From a virus (Duplodnaviria; Caudoviricetes), in IMG/VR virus record IMGVR_UViG_3300020352_000013, positions 1-37,651 of that record: a DNA stretch of 37,651 bases; one strand, given 5' to 3'. This document shows, in pieces, positions 1 to 9,221 of this stretch. The notes beneath the pieces are model-generated. The model worked only from the letters and a program-made list of their open reading frames with translations. It had not been told where the DNA came from and made no database searches. The stretch's first letter is position 1. Every line of letters begins with the position of its first letter. The position numbers were made by a program, and so were the translations under genes.

Positions 1-1
1 A

Positions 2-679
2 GGAGAGACCGTAGGTTATATAGCACTGGAAGAATCAGTAAGACGTACTGCACTTGGCATCATGGGCATTCATCTTAACAAACCACTGCACCTTGAGAAT
101 GATCTGAAGGAGGAGGAGTTACGCAAAGCATTCGATGAGACTATGGGTAACAAGAACTTCTATACCTATGACCACTTCGGAAGTACGGAGAGTGATAATC
201 TGTTATCAAAGATACGCTACCTGTGCAAAGGATTAGGATGTAAGTGGATATTCCTTGACCATCTATCTATTGTGGTTAGTGGTATTCAAGGAGATGATGA
301 ACGAAGGTTAATTGATAACACGATGACACAACTAAGAAGCTTAGTAGAAGAGACTGGATGTGGCATGGTGTTAGTATCACACCTTAGAAGACCACCCAAT
401 GGAGGAGGACACGAAGAGGGAGGAGTCACTAGACTTGCAGATTTGAGAGGTAGTCATTCGATACCACAACTCAGCGATATGGTAATAGGACTAGAGAGAA
501 ACCAACAAAAAGAAAACAATAACGAAACAAAAGTAAGAGTCTTAAAGAATAGATTCTCAGGTGAGACTGGACTGGCATCTACATTATTTTATAATGCTGA
601 TAGCGGTAGGTACACCGAGAGTGAGGATGTATTCAAAGACAAAACAATAACAACCAACAGCGGACCAAGTCCGTTTTAA
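2..679 (+). CDS. gp4: Primase/helicase, C-terminal DnaB-like helicase part (5' truncated)
   Basis: Frame open from nt 2 (GETVGYIALEES...); SF4 helicase motifs IFLDHLSI, LVSHLRR, DLRGSHSIPQLSD, KNRFSGETG. Confidence 0.95.
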   Translation, partial: GETVGYIALEESVRRTALGIMGIHLNKPLHLENDLKEEELRKAFDETMGNKNFYTYDHFGSTESDNLLSKIRYLCKGLGCKWIFLDHLSIVVSGIQGDDERRLIDNTMTQLRSLVEETGCGMVLVSHLRRPPNGGGHEEGGVTRLADLRGSHSIPQLSDMVIGLERNQQKENNNETKVRVLKNRFSGETGLASTLFYNADSGRYTESEDVFKDKTITTNSGPSPF

Positions 680-683
680 TAAT

Positions 684-2558
684 ATGAAAATACTATTCTT
701 TGATATAGAAACCAACGGCATTGAGGACTTCACTAATTTGAGTGACCTTGAGGTCTGTCATTGCATATCCATCTATGATCCTATCGCCAGTAAGATGATT
801 ACATTTGAAGGTGAAGGGATAAAGGAAGGACTTAATATGTTAAGCAAAGCAGACAAGATCGTAGGACATAACGTCATAGGCTTTGATCTACCTGCGTTAG
901 CTAAGTTGTATAACTTCCATCCACCCTTGGTCCGAGTACAAGACTCTCTCGTAATGAGTAGATGCTTGAACCCTGACCTTAGAGAAGATGACTTCAAGCG
1001 TAAGGACTTTGATCCTAAGCTAGTAGGTAGTCACAGCTTGAAGGCATGGGGACACAGGATGGGTCAGATGTTAAAGCTTACTTACGGTGAGAACGAGGAT
1101 GCTTGGGACAGCTACAACGAAGAGATGAAGAAGTACTGTGAACGAGATGTGTTAGTAACTAAGACCTTGTACGAATACTTAATCAAGCTAGAACCTAGCA
1201 AGAAGATGTTAGCTATTGAACATTGGTTTGCTTACATCATCAGGTTACAAGAGAGCCAAGGCTTTGCGTTTGATATAGATAAAGCGGAACAACTAGAGCA
1301 GAAGTTAAATGGCATACGAGCAAAGCTACAAGATCAGCTGCAAAAAATGTTTGAACCTACTGTTAACAAGATGAAGACTCCGCAGGGATACTCCTTGACT
1401 ATTAAACATGTGGATGGAGTGGAGATTATCAATGCACCTACTAAAGTAGAACTTAAAAAGATACTGAAGAGTAGAGGCATGGTACAGAACTTAGTCAACA
1501 AAGCTGAACCACTTGATGTAAAGGAAGAGATCATACCTTTTAATCCTGGTAGTCGTAAGCAAATCAAAGAAAGACTTGAGGCTTTAGGTTTTGAAATACC
1601 TCTATCGAATGACGGTAAGACTGTGAAGATCGATGAGTCTACACTTAAATCAATAGACCATCCATCTGCCAAGCTTTTGCTCGATTATCTGTTAGTCGTA
1701 AAAAGACTTGGGCAATTAGCTGAAGGCAAGAATGGATGGCTAAGATTAGTTAAGGATGGCAGAATCCACGGACGAGTCAATACAAACGGAGCAGTGACAG
1801 GACGGTGTACTCATAGTCTACCTAACCTAGCACAAGTACCAGCTACAAGAGCAGAGTATGGCGAGGAGTGTCGTTCTTTATTCATAACTAAAAAAGGTTA
1901 CAAGCTAGTAGGTTGTGATGCTAGTGGGTTAGAGTTAAGAATGCTTGCACATTACCTGTCTACTTGGGACGGAGGGGAGTACTCTAAAGCTATACTGGAA
2001 GGAGACATACACACTGTGAATCAGAAGGCAGCAGGGTTAAAGACTAGAGACCAAGCTAAGACATTCATCTATGGATTCCTTTACGGAGCAGGGGATGCAA
2101 AGATAGGTGAGATAGTAGAGGGTACAGCACAAGATGGTAGTAGATTAAAGAAGAAGTTCCTGTCTAACTTACCAGCGTTAAAGATACTGAAACAATTAAT
2201 CAAAGAGAAAGCAGAACAGAACGGATGCTTAACAGGATTAGACGGTAGGATTCTACCGATAAGAAGTGAACACGCTGCACTCAATATGTTACTGCAATCA
2301 GCTGGTGCTGTACTCATGAAGGTGGCTTTGATTAAACTACACACCAAGCTAACAGACATCGGATGGCAACACGGAAGAGAGTATTCATTTGTAGGTAACA
2401 TACACGATGAGTTCCAAGCTGAAGTTAAACCTCAGTTAGTAGAGACATACGGAGAGTTAGCTGTTAAAGCAATCCAGTCAGCAGGTAGAGAGTTAAAGAT
2501 GAAGTGTCCTATGGACGGTGAATATAAAGTAGGAGAGTCATGGGCAGAGACGCACTAA
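684..2558 (+). CDS. gp5: T7-like family A DNA polymerase
   Basis: Exonuclease motifs FDIETNG, GHNVIGFD, YCERDV; polymerase motifs DASGLELR, RDQAKTFIYGFLYG, IHDE. Confidence 0.97.
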   Translation: MKILFFDIETNGIEDFTNLSDLEVCHCISIYDPIASKMITFEGEGIKEGLNMLSKADKIVGHNVIGFDLPALAKLYNFHPPLVRVQDSLVMSRCLNPDLREDDFKRKDFDPKLVGSHSLKAWGHRMGQMLKLTYGENEDAWDSYNEEMKKYCERDVLVTKTLYEYLIKLEPSKKMLAIEHWFAYIIRLQESQGFAFDIDKAEQLEQKLNGIRAKLQDQLQKMFEPTVNKMKTPQGYSLTIKHVDGVEIINAPTKVELKKILKSRGMVQNLVNKAEPLDVKEEIIPFNPGSRKQIKERLEALGFEIPLSNDGKTVKIDESTLKSIDHPSAKLLLDYLLVVKRLGQLAEGKNGWLRLVKDGRIHGRVNTNGAVTGRCTHSLPNLAQVPATRAEYGEECRSLFITKKGYKLVGCDASGLELRMLAHYLSTWDGGEYSKAILEGDIHTVNQKAAGLKTRDQAKTFIYGFLYGAGDAKIGEIVEGTAQDGSRLKKKFLSNLPALKILKQLIKEKAEQNGCLTGLDGRILPIRSEHAALNMLLQSAGAVLMKVALIKLHTKLTDIGWQHGREYSFVGNIHDEFQAEVKPQLVETYGELAVKAIQSAGRELKMKCPMDGEYKVGESWAETH

Positions 2559-2611
2559 CATACGATTACTACTTGTCGCTAGCTAGCTTGTATGATACAA
2601 CTGATTTAAAT

Positions 2612-3010
2612 ATGCCTTCATCAAACCCACAGCGGATAGGAGCTATAGCAGAATCAAGGTTTACAACGGAATGCTTAGAGAGAAACTTCGAACCTCACTT
2701 ACCTACCACACCTATGCCTTGGGACTTCATTGTCACCTGCCCTGCTGGTACTTTAAAGGTACAGATTAAATCAACAACGAGGAAGTCTTCAGCTAATACT
2801 TATATGGTTTCAACGAGTAAAGGATTGGCAAGTAAAGAACCAATGTGTGATACAATAGATGTAGTCGGATGCTATGTCATACCTGAGAAGACATGGTGGA
2901 TGATACCAAGAAAAGAAATAAAAGGATTAGGTGTAAAGTTAAACATCCTACCTAACAGTAAATCAAAACATAAAAAATACCAAGAGAACTGGAGCATATT
3001 CTATGAGTAA
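2612..3010 (+). CDS. PD-(D/E)xK endonuclease, probable free-standing homing endonuclease (PDDEXK_5 / I-Ssp6803I-like)
   Basis: GAIAE...PWDFIV...KVQIKST pattern; ATG 2612 preferred over 2540, which overlaps the polymerase. Confidence 0.75.
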   Translation: MPSSNPQRIGAIAESRFTTECLERNFEPHLPTTPMPWDFIVTCPAGTLKVQIKSTTRKSSANTYMVSTSKGLASKEPMCDTIDVVGCYVIPEKTWWMIPRKEIKGLGVKLNILPNSKSKHKKYQENWSIFYE

Positions 3011-3932
3011 AACAACCATACTAATTGACGCTGATGTGTTAGCATTTGAATCGTCAATCATAGCACAAGAAAATATACAATGGGAAGAGGAGCTTTGGAC
3101 TGTACACGCAGACATGGCAGTAGCAAAGAACAGAGTCATTGGAAGGATAGAACAATTCAAAGACTTACTTAAAGCAGATGAAGTAGTGTTAGCACTTAGT
3201 GACCGAGCAAACTTCAGAAGGAAACTATTCCCTGACTACAAGTCTAACAGAAGAAAGTCAGTACTGCCTGTCATCCTAAAGCCTATGAAGGAATGGATGA
3301 TTAATGAACTAGACGCACAGCTGTGGGCTAATGTAGAAGCAGATGATGTACTCAGTATCCTAGCAACTGAAAGACCTAACAGACTAGACAAGCGTATCAT
3401 CGTATCAATCGACAAGGACTTCAAGAGTGTACCAGGAATCTTCTATGATTATAACAGAGAGGAATACCATGAACCTACTGAAGAAGAAGCAGATAACTTC
3501 CACCTACTACAATCACTAATGGGAGATTCAACAGATGGATTCAGTGGAGCGAAGGGGGTAGGAGCTGTGACTGCTAAGAAGTGGTTGGACGAACACGGTT
3601 ACACTTGGGAATCTGTTGTAGCTTTGTACGCTAAGAAGGGACAAGACGAACAGGAAGCCTTGATGAATGCTTGGATGGCAAGACTATTAAGAAAACAAGA
3701 ATACAATAAGAAACAAAAACAAATAACAAAACTATGGACACCAAAGAACTACCAAACTCTGGAGAGAAAGAACATTATGCCACTGGTGCGGAGCGTGACA
3801 GGGCTACTGGACGAGGACGATTCAGCCTTATTCCTCCAATCGCCCTTCGATCCCTTGCCAAACGATTTGAAGAAGGAGGCAAACTCTACGGAGACAACAA
3901 CTGGCACAACGGATTCCCTCTCAGTAGATTAA
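3003..3932 (+). CDS. gp6: 5'-3' exonuclease
   Basis: LIDAD, YKSNR, EADDV, SIDKD, GDSTDGFSGAKGVG motifs; follows the polymerase. Confidence 0.93.
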   Translation: MSKTTILIDADVLAFESSIIAQENIQWEEELWTVHADMAVAKNRVIGRIEQFKDLLKADEVVLALSDRANFRRKLFPDYKSNRRKSVLPVILKPMKEWMINELDAQLWANVEADDVLSILATERPNRLDKRIIVSIDKDFKSVPGIFYDYNREEYHEPTEEEADNFHLLQSLMGDSTDGFSGAKGVGAVTAKKWLDEHGYTWESVVALYAKKGQDEQEALMNAWMARLLRKQEYNKKQKQITKLWTPKNYQTLERKNIMPLVRSVTGLLDEDDSALFLQSPFDPLPNDLKKEANSTETTTGTTDSLSVD

Positions 3933-4111
3933 TAGATAGCATGAGCAGACATCTGTTAGCATTGAGTGAAGGAGATGATAAAGAAGATCACGCAGGTGCT
4001 ATACTGTGGAACGCTAGTGCTTTCCTGTGGACCGAGGATCAGATTAACAAAGGTAAGCTACCACAAGAACTAGATGATAGGAGTTATACATGGACTGGAG
4101 ACACGCAATAA
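3734..4111 (+). CDS. DUF5664-like (dATP/dGTP diphosphohydrolase N-terminal domain) protein
   Basis: GAERD..GRGRFSLIPP, YGDNNW..G, SMSRHL, EDHAGAILWNA pattern. Confidence 0.75.
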   Translation: MDTKELPNSGEKEHYATGAERDRATGRGRFSLIPPIALRSLAKRFEEGGKLYGDNNWHNGFPLSRLIDSMSRHLLALSEGDDKEDHAGAILWNASAFLWTEDQINKGKLPQELDDRSYTWTGDTQ

Positions 4112-4305
4112 TGGAAGACGAACTAATGCCTCTTATAAGCGAGGCTATGATTAAACGCTTAGAGGAATTATACCCTGACAAATGTCCTGACTTGACGAAC
4201 ACAGAAAAAGATGTTTGGTTTAAGAGTGGTCAAGTATCTGTAATTAGATACCTAAGACAAACTTATAACGATCAACTTCAACAAAACATTTTAACGAAAG
4301 ACTAG
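4111..4305 (+). CDS. Small hypothetical phage protein
   Basis: TAATG coupling to the upstream stop; LEELYPDKCP...GQVSVIRYL resembles small genes at this position in marine T7-like phages. Confidence 0.7.
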   Translation: MEDELMPLISEAMIKRLEELYPDKCPDLTNTEKDVWFKSGQVSVIRYLRQTYNDQLQQNILTKD

Positions 4306-4307
4306 AT

Positions 4308-4514
4308 ATGTGTATGTCAGCACCCGATATTCCACCGCCTCCTCCACCTCCAGCACCTCCACCACCACCTCCTCCTGTTGCTGAAGGGTCTAAGACTGTT
4401 AGACAAACACAACCTAAGAAGAAGAAGGTAGGAGCACAAGCACAACTCAAGCGTTCTGCTAGACCTACACTTGGTGGATCAGCTGGTGGTACTGGTGTCT
4501 ACATGTCTTCCTAA
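4308..4514 (+). CDS. Proline-rich small protein, possible gp6.7/7.3-like virion protein
   Basis: MC N-terminus as in T7 gp6.7/gp14, poly-Pro tract, basic segment, lies upstream of the portal. Confidence 0.55.
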   Translation: MCMSAPDIPPPPPPPAPPPPPPPVAEGSKTVRQTQPKKKKVGAQAQLKRSARPTLGGSAGGTGVYMSS

Positions 4515-4537
4515 TAACAATATAACTATATAATACT

Positions 4538-4855
4538 ATGCTTCGCACACTCTCAAAAAAGACTTTGCTATCATCTGTCTCAGCGACAGGGGCTGGCAGT
4601 TCATTCTCAGTAGAGCGTTCTAAGGGTTGGACCTTTGTGATCGCTTCTTCCGCAGTAACCACAGGAGGCACGGTAGACATTGAAGCCTACATCGGTGGTT
4701 CTTGGTTTGTCGTTCACTCTGAAGCTGTAACAGCTGATGGTTCTGTAATGGTAAGAGATGACCACGGACACTACGAACAGATCAGAGGAAATGTATCAGC
4801 TAGAACAGATGGTACTTACAGTGTATACGCTACAGGTTCTACTGATTCTCTGTAA
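4538..4855 (+). CDS. Hypothetical beta-rich protein, possibly structural
   Basis: 105-aa Ser/Thr/Gly-rich ORF with A-rich leader, tightly packed with neighbours. Confidence 0.6.
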   Translation: MLRTLSKKTLLSSVSATGAGSSFSVERSKGWTFVIASSAVTTGGTVDIEAYIGGSWFVVHSEAVTADGSVMVRDDHGHYEQIRGNVSARTDGTYSVYATGSTDSL

Positions 4856-4858
4856 GTA

Positions 4859-5131
4859 ATGTCGCTTACCTTTCCAACCGCTACTCAGAATCTTCCGAGT
4901 GGCTTAACTGTTATACCTAATAAGTTCGTAAGACCTTCGTTTGGAAAGACTTACGCATTTGATGAGGCAGCTACAGCAAGTACAACATTCCAAGCAGAGT
5001 ATAACACAGAAGCTTATATACTAGCTGAAGGTTCTCCTGGACTAGGACTGACTTACTTTGTTACTGACAAAGCTACACCTACTCTAGCTGTGTACAACGG
5101 AACTGAATGGAAATATTACGAGGGAGTATAA
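4859..5131 (+). CDS. Small protein with fibre-type G..F.TD....VYNG..W module
   Basis: C-terminal GLTYFVTD...LAVYNGTEW resembles ORFs 24061 and 24291; stop overlaps the portal ATG. Confidence 0.6.
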   Translation: MSLTFPTATQNLPSGLTVIPNKFVRPSFGKTYAFDEAATASTTFQAEYNTEAYILAEGSPGLGLTYFVTDKATPTLAVYNGTEWKYYEGV

Positions 5132-6696
5132 TGAAAGAAACTGCACAAGGGCTATATACTAGCTTAGAGAATCAGCGTTGGTCATTCTTGGATAGAGGTC
5201 GTACCTCATCTGAGTTGACGATACCTTACATAATGCCACCCGATGGGCATAGTCACTCTACTAAGTACTACACACCATATCAAGGAGTAGGAGCAAGAGG
5301 AGTTAACAACCTAGCATCTAAGTTATTGTTAGCACTGTTACCGCCTAACGCTCCCTTCTTCCGCTTGGTCATAGACAAGTATGAATTAGATAAAGCAAAG
5401 CAGGAGCTAGGACCAGAGGGAGGAGAGCAATTGCGTACTGACCTAGAGAAAGCATTAGCAGATGTAGAACGAAGTGTATCTCAAGAAGTAGAAGTCGAAG
5501 CATTTAGAGTAGGAGTGTTTGAAGCGTTAAAGAATCTATTGGTCACAGGTAATACTTTATTGTACCTACCTGATGACGGAGGGATGAGAGTGTTTCGATT
5601 AGATCGTTATGTAGTTAAGAGAGACCCAATGGGTAACGTAACTCACATAGCTATCAAAGAGACTGTTGCTCCGATGATGCTTCCTGAGTCTGTAAGAGAA
5701 GAGGTCTATCGTCAAGAGAAAGAGAACAGCTGTGATCTATATACCTCTGTTGTTAGAGAAGGAAATGAATTTGTAGTACAACAAGATGTAAAAGGAATTG
5801 TTATAGAAGAGTCAAAGGGTAGGTATCCTGTCGAGAAGACTCCGTTCCTACCTCTTCGTTATACCAGGATAGACGGTGAAGACTATGGTCGAGGATTTGT
5901 AGAGGAGTACATTGGTGATCTTAAATCTTTAGAGTCATTAACAAAAGCGATAGTCGAAGGTAGTGCAGCAGCAGCTAAGGTATTGTTCATGGTTAATCCT
6001 AACGGTACAACTAGAGCTAAGACTTTATCTGAATCTCCTAACGGTGCAATTGTACAAGGTAGTGACGGAGATGTATCTGTTCTACAGCTTAACAAGTTCA
6101 ATGACTTCCGTACTGCACAAGGAGTAATGAATGGAATCAGTGACAGATTGTCTCAAGCTTTCCTACTTAACAGTGGTGTAGTCAGAGATGCAGAACGAGT
6201 AACAGCAGAGGAGATACGTATGTTATCTCAGGAGTTAGAAGCTGCACTTGGTGGATTGTATTCTTTATTATCACAAGAGTTTCAAATGCCTGTCGTTACT
6301 AGGTTAATGACAAGGATGAGTAAAGAAGGCAGACTTCCTAAGTTACCTAAAGACATTGTTAAACCTACTATCGTTACTGGTGTTGAAGCACTAGGACGAG
6401 GTAATGATTTACAGAAGCTTGATCTATTCCTTGCAGGAGCTAATCAAATCGTTGGTCCTCAAGCAGTTGCAGAATATGTTAACGTATCTGACTACTTCAA
6501 GAGAAGAGCTACAGCGTTAGGTATAGAGACTGAAGGATTGATTAAGACACAAGAAGAAATTCAACAAGCTATGCAGCAAGCCCAACAACAGGAGATGATG
6601 ATGAAGTTGGGTGGACCTGCTGTAGCACCTGCTATCAATGCTGCACAAGAGCAGTACATGAGTAGTCAACAACAACAACAACCACAAGAAGAGTAA
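5131..6696 (+). CDS. gp8: Portal (head-tail connector)
   Basis: GARGVNNLASKL, GEDYGRG, RDAERVTAEEIR, ALGRG motifs; AGGGAG SD before ATG 5131. Confidence 0.97.
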   Translation: MKETAQGLYTSLENQRWSFLDRGRTSSELTIPYIMPPDGHSHSTKYYTPYQGVGARGVNNLASKLLLALLPPNAPFFRLVIDKYELDKAKQELGPEGGEQLRTDLEKALADVERSVSQEVEVEAFRVGVFEALKNLLVTGNTLLYLPDDGGMRVFRLDRYVVKRDPMGNVTHIAIKETVAPMMLPESVREEVYRQEKENSCDLYTSVVREGNEFVVQQDVKGIVIEESKGRYPVEKTPFLPLRYTRIDGEDYGRGFVEEYIGDLKSLESLTKAIVEGSAAAAKVLFMVNPNGTTRAKTLSESPNGAIVQGSDGDVSVLQLNKFNDFRTAQGVMNGISDRLSQAFLLNSGVVRDAERVTAEEIRMLSQELEAALGGLYSLLSQEFQMPVVTRLMTRMSKEGRLPKLPKDIVKPTIVTGVEALGRGNDLQKLDLFLAGANQIVGPQAVAEYVNVSDYFKRRATALGIETEGLIKTQEEIQQAMQQAQQQEMMMKLGGPAVAPAINAAQEQYMSSQQQQQPQEE

Positions 6697-6703
6697 GAGA
6701 GAT

Positions 6704-7474
6704 ATGGCAGAATTACACCGAGTAGAGATAAATGAGAAAGCACCACAGGAGATTGACCCTGAGTCAGAAGAAGCTGTTGATGCAGTACCTGAAGAACAAG
6801 CACAAGAAACGCAAGAGGATAGACCTGAATGGTTGCCTGAGAAATTCGCATCTGCTGAAGCTATGGCAAAGTCATATATTGAGTTGGAAGGAAAATTGGG
6901 ATCGAATGAACAAGAACAAGAAGAAGAACAACAATCAACAGAGGAACAAGATGACACCACAAAGGAAGACAGTAATACTAATGATGTTATCGTGGAAGCT
7001 AGCAAAGAGTTCTTTGAGAATGACGGTGTTATATCTGAAGAGACCTATAAGAATCTTGCTGAAGTTGGGTTACCGAAAGAGTTAGTAGATAGCTACGCAG
7101 CTGGACAACAAGCACTGCAACAAAGTGAAGAAGGTAGTATCAAAGCTGTAGCTGATGGTAACTGGGATCAGATGGCAGAGTGGGCAGCTAATAACTTATC
7201 ACCTGAAGAAGTAAATACCTTTGATGACATCGTACAAAACGGTACAGTCGACCAAGCAAGGCTAGCTACTAAAGGATTATATGCACAATACAAAGCAGAG
7301 AATGGAGTTAGTCCTAAGCTTGTTCAAGGTGCTGTAAGTGGTTCATCATCAATGCCTTTTAAATCTAACCAAGAACTTGCAAGAGCAATGTCTGATCCTC
7401 GATACAAGAGTGGTGATAAAACTTATCACGAAGAGATTGACAGACGCATAGCAGCAAGTCACAATTACCTATAA
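6704..7474 (+). CDS. gp9: Capsid scaffolding protein
   Basis: Acidic; RPEWLPEKF and AMSDPRY motifs; between portal and capsid. Confidence 0.93.
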   Translation: MAELHRVEINEKAPQEIDPESEEAVDAVPEEQAQETQEDRPEWLPEKFASAEAMAKSYIELEGKLGSNEQEQEEEQQSTEEQDDTTKEDSNTNDVIVEASKEFFENDGVISEETYKNLAEVGLPKELVDSYAAGQQALQQSEEGSIKAVADGNWDQMAEWAANNLSPEEVNTFDDIVQNGTVDQARLATKGLYAQYKAENGVSPKLVQGAVSGSSSMPFKSNQELARAMSDPRYKSGDKTYHEEIDRRIAASHNYL

Positions 7475-7497
7475 TTTTATTTGGTTGGTTCATATAT

Positions 7498-7947
7498 ATG
7501 AAGCCTTGGACTCCATCTTTTTTCTTGCCAGTGTTGGTTCTGGTTCTTTTGGGTGGATGTTCCAAGGCTTCTTTTTATCCGTTAGCAGGTAGTGTAGGTG
7601 GTGCAACTATTGGTAGTCTTGGTGGTCCTGGTCCTGCTGCTGGTGGTGCTGCCCTTGGATGGGGACTAGGAGAGGGTGCTAAGTTAATGGAAGAGAACAA
7701 GGGATTAGCTAACAAAGTAAAAGCTATATCCGAAGGAGATGTACAGGAACTTGTACAACAGCAGTTAGATGAGAGTATGACTAATGGTTTCTTTGACAAT
7801 ATGTTAGATGAAGTCTATGGTTTTTTAAAACTATGCCTAGTAGGTGTAATACTTTGGAACATCGTACCTATCTTTTATACTAGATATGTGCAGAAAAAAT
7901 CTAACAATAATGATAAATCAACTAAGAAGACTAAAAAGAATTTATAA
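7498..7947 (+). CDS. Predicted lipoprotein with glycine zipper and C-terminal TM segment (u-spanin-like topology)
   Basis: Hydrophobic signal ending LLGG-C, GxxxG-rich segment, C-terminal hydrophobic helix, basic tail. Confidence 0.6.
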   Translation: MKPWTPSFFLPVLVLVLLGGCSKASFYPLAGSVGGATIGSLGGPGPAAGGAALGWGLGEGAKLMEENKGLANKVKAISEGDVQELVQQQLDESMTNGFFDNMLDEVYGFLKLCLVGVILWNIVPIFYTRYVQKKSNNNDKSTKKTKKNL

Positions 7948-8026
7948 TAACTTGGACAAGAAGGAGAAAGCTATTGTCTTGACTGTTCTATGTTTAGGTG
8001 GAATTATAATACTTAACTTACTTTAA
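7910..8026 (+). CDS. 38-aa single-TM peptide (not in ORF track)
   Basis: MINQLRRLKRIYNNLDKKEKAIVLTVLCLGGIIILNLL; basic N-terminus, hydrophobic C-terminus. Confidence 0.5.
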   Translation: MINQLRRLKRIYNNLDKKEKAIVLTVLCLGGIIILNLL

Positions 8027-8028
8027 TA

Positions 8029-8151
8029 GACAATTAGTATAACTAATGTCAAGACCCACTGCGGTGGACAATCTCGAACGAAGGTTACAACGAAAGTCGC
8101 AAAACAAATACACAAACATTAATAACAAAATACATAAGGAGATAATATATC
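8029..8151 (+). promoter_or_regulatory. Structured leader and RBS of the capsid gene
   Basis: Hairpin GAC(A)ATTAG/CTAATGTC 8029-8050; CCAC-TGCG-GTGG 8056-8067; A-rich spacer; TAAGGAG SD. Confidence 0.55.
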
Positions 8152-9213
8152 ATGGCTAATGGAGATACATCCCCCTCACGTGTAGGACAAGTTAATAGTT
8201 CAGGTGACGTAGATGCTTTGTTTCTTAAAAAGTTCAGCGGAGAAATCTTGCAGACCTTTGAGGAGTCAAACATTTTCAAACCACTACATACTGTTCGCAC
8301 AATCGAAAACGGTAAATCAGCTCAGTTCCCAGTAACTGGCGTAGCTTCCGCTGACTACCACACACCTGGCGAAAACATCGCTGACGGTGGCAACTCATAC
8401 TTGAGCGACATCAAGAAAGCAGAGAAAGTAATCACCATCGATAAGATGTTACTTGCTTCTACCTTCTTGGCTAACATCGACGACGTAAAGAATCACTACG
8501 ACATCCGCAGCGTTTACGCTAACGAGTTGGGTAAGGCTCTTGCTGTACGTTTCGATACTGCTATTGCTAAAGTATTCATCGCTTCTGCTCGTTCAGCTGC
8601 TGCTGTTACTGGTGGTAAAGTCGGAGGAATCCTCGACGTTTCTGCTAACGCAATGGGAGACGGAGCTGACTCAACTGATGACGCTGACAACACTGATCCA
8701 ACAGGAGCAGAACTTGTTGCTGCTTTATTCACTGCTGCTCAGAAGCTCGACGAAAACGACGTACCTAGTGACGGACGTTTCTGCGTACTTCGCCCTCAAG
8801 AGTATTACAAGTTAATAACTGGTGGTGCTGGTGCGTTGGCTATCTCTACTTCAGCTGTCAATAAAGACGTTGGAGGAGTAGGAAGTATTGCTTCAGGATC
8901 AATCCCTCAAGTTGCAGGTATCACGATCTACAAGAGTAATCACATCCCTTCGACTGACTTATCAGCTGTTACTTCTGGAGACGGTGCTTCTAGCAATGAT
9001 GTCTTCGGAGCAGGTGGAGCAGGTTACAATGGTAACTTCACAAACACTTTAGGTGTTGTTGCTCATTCGGCTGCTGTCGGAACAGTTAAGCTTCTTGATC
9101 TTGCTACTGAAAGCGAGTATCAAATCGAGCGTCAAGGAACACTTTTTGTTGCTAAGTATGCTATGGGTCACGGAGTTCTCCGTCCTGAGTGTGCTATCGA
9201 ATTACAGAAATAG
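8152..9213 (+). CDS. gp10: Major capsid protein
   Basis: ALFLKKFSGE, GKSAQFP, ITID, YDIRS, YAMGHGVLRPECAIEL motifs. Confidence 0.97.
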   Translation: MANGDTSPSRVGQVNSSGDVDALFLKKFSGEILQTFEESNIFKPLHTVRTIENGKSAQFPVTGVASADYHTPGENIADGGNSYLSDIKKAEKVITIDKMLLASTFLANIDDVKNHYDIRSVYANELGKALAVRFDTAIAKVFIASARSAAAVTGGKVGGILDVSANAMGDGADSTDDADNTDPTGAELVAALFTAAQKLDENDVPSDGRFCVLRPQEYYKLITGGAGALAISTSAVNKDVGGVGSIASGSIPQVAGITIYKSNHIPSTDLSAVTSGDGASSNDVFGAGGAGYNGNFTNTLGVVAHSAAVGTVKLLDLATESEYQIERQGTLFVAKYAMGHGVLRPECAIELQK

Positions 9214-9221
9214 TTCTCTCT

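Noticed and set aside
2559-3010. Group I intron around the endonuclease
   Set aside because: Flanking genes are complete and there is no room for an intron core.
3734-4111. 2-aminoadenine (Z) genome pathway
   Set aside because: No PurZ or HD-family dATPase recognised.
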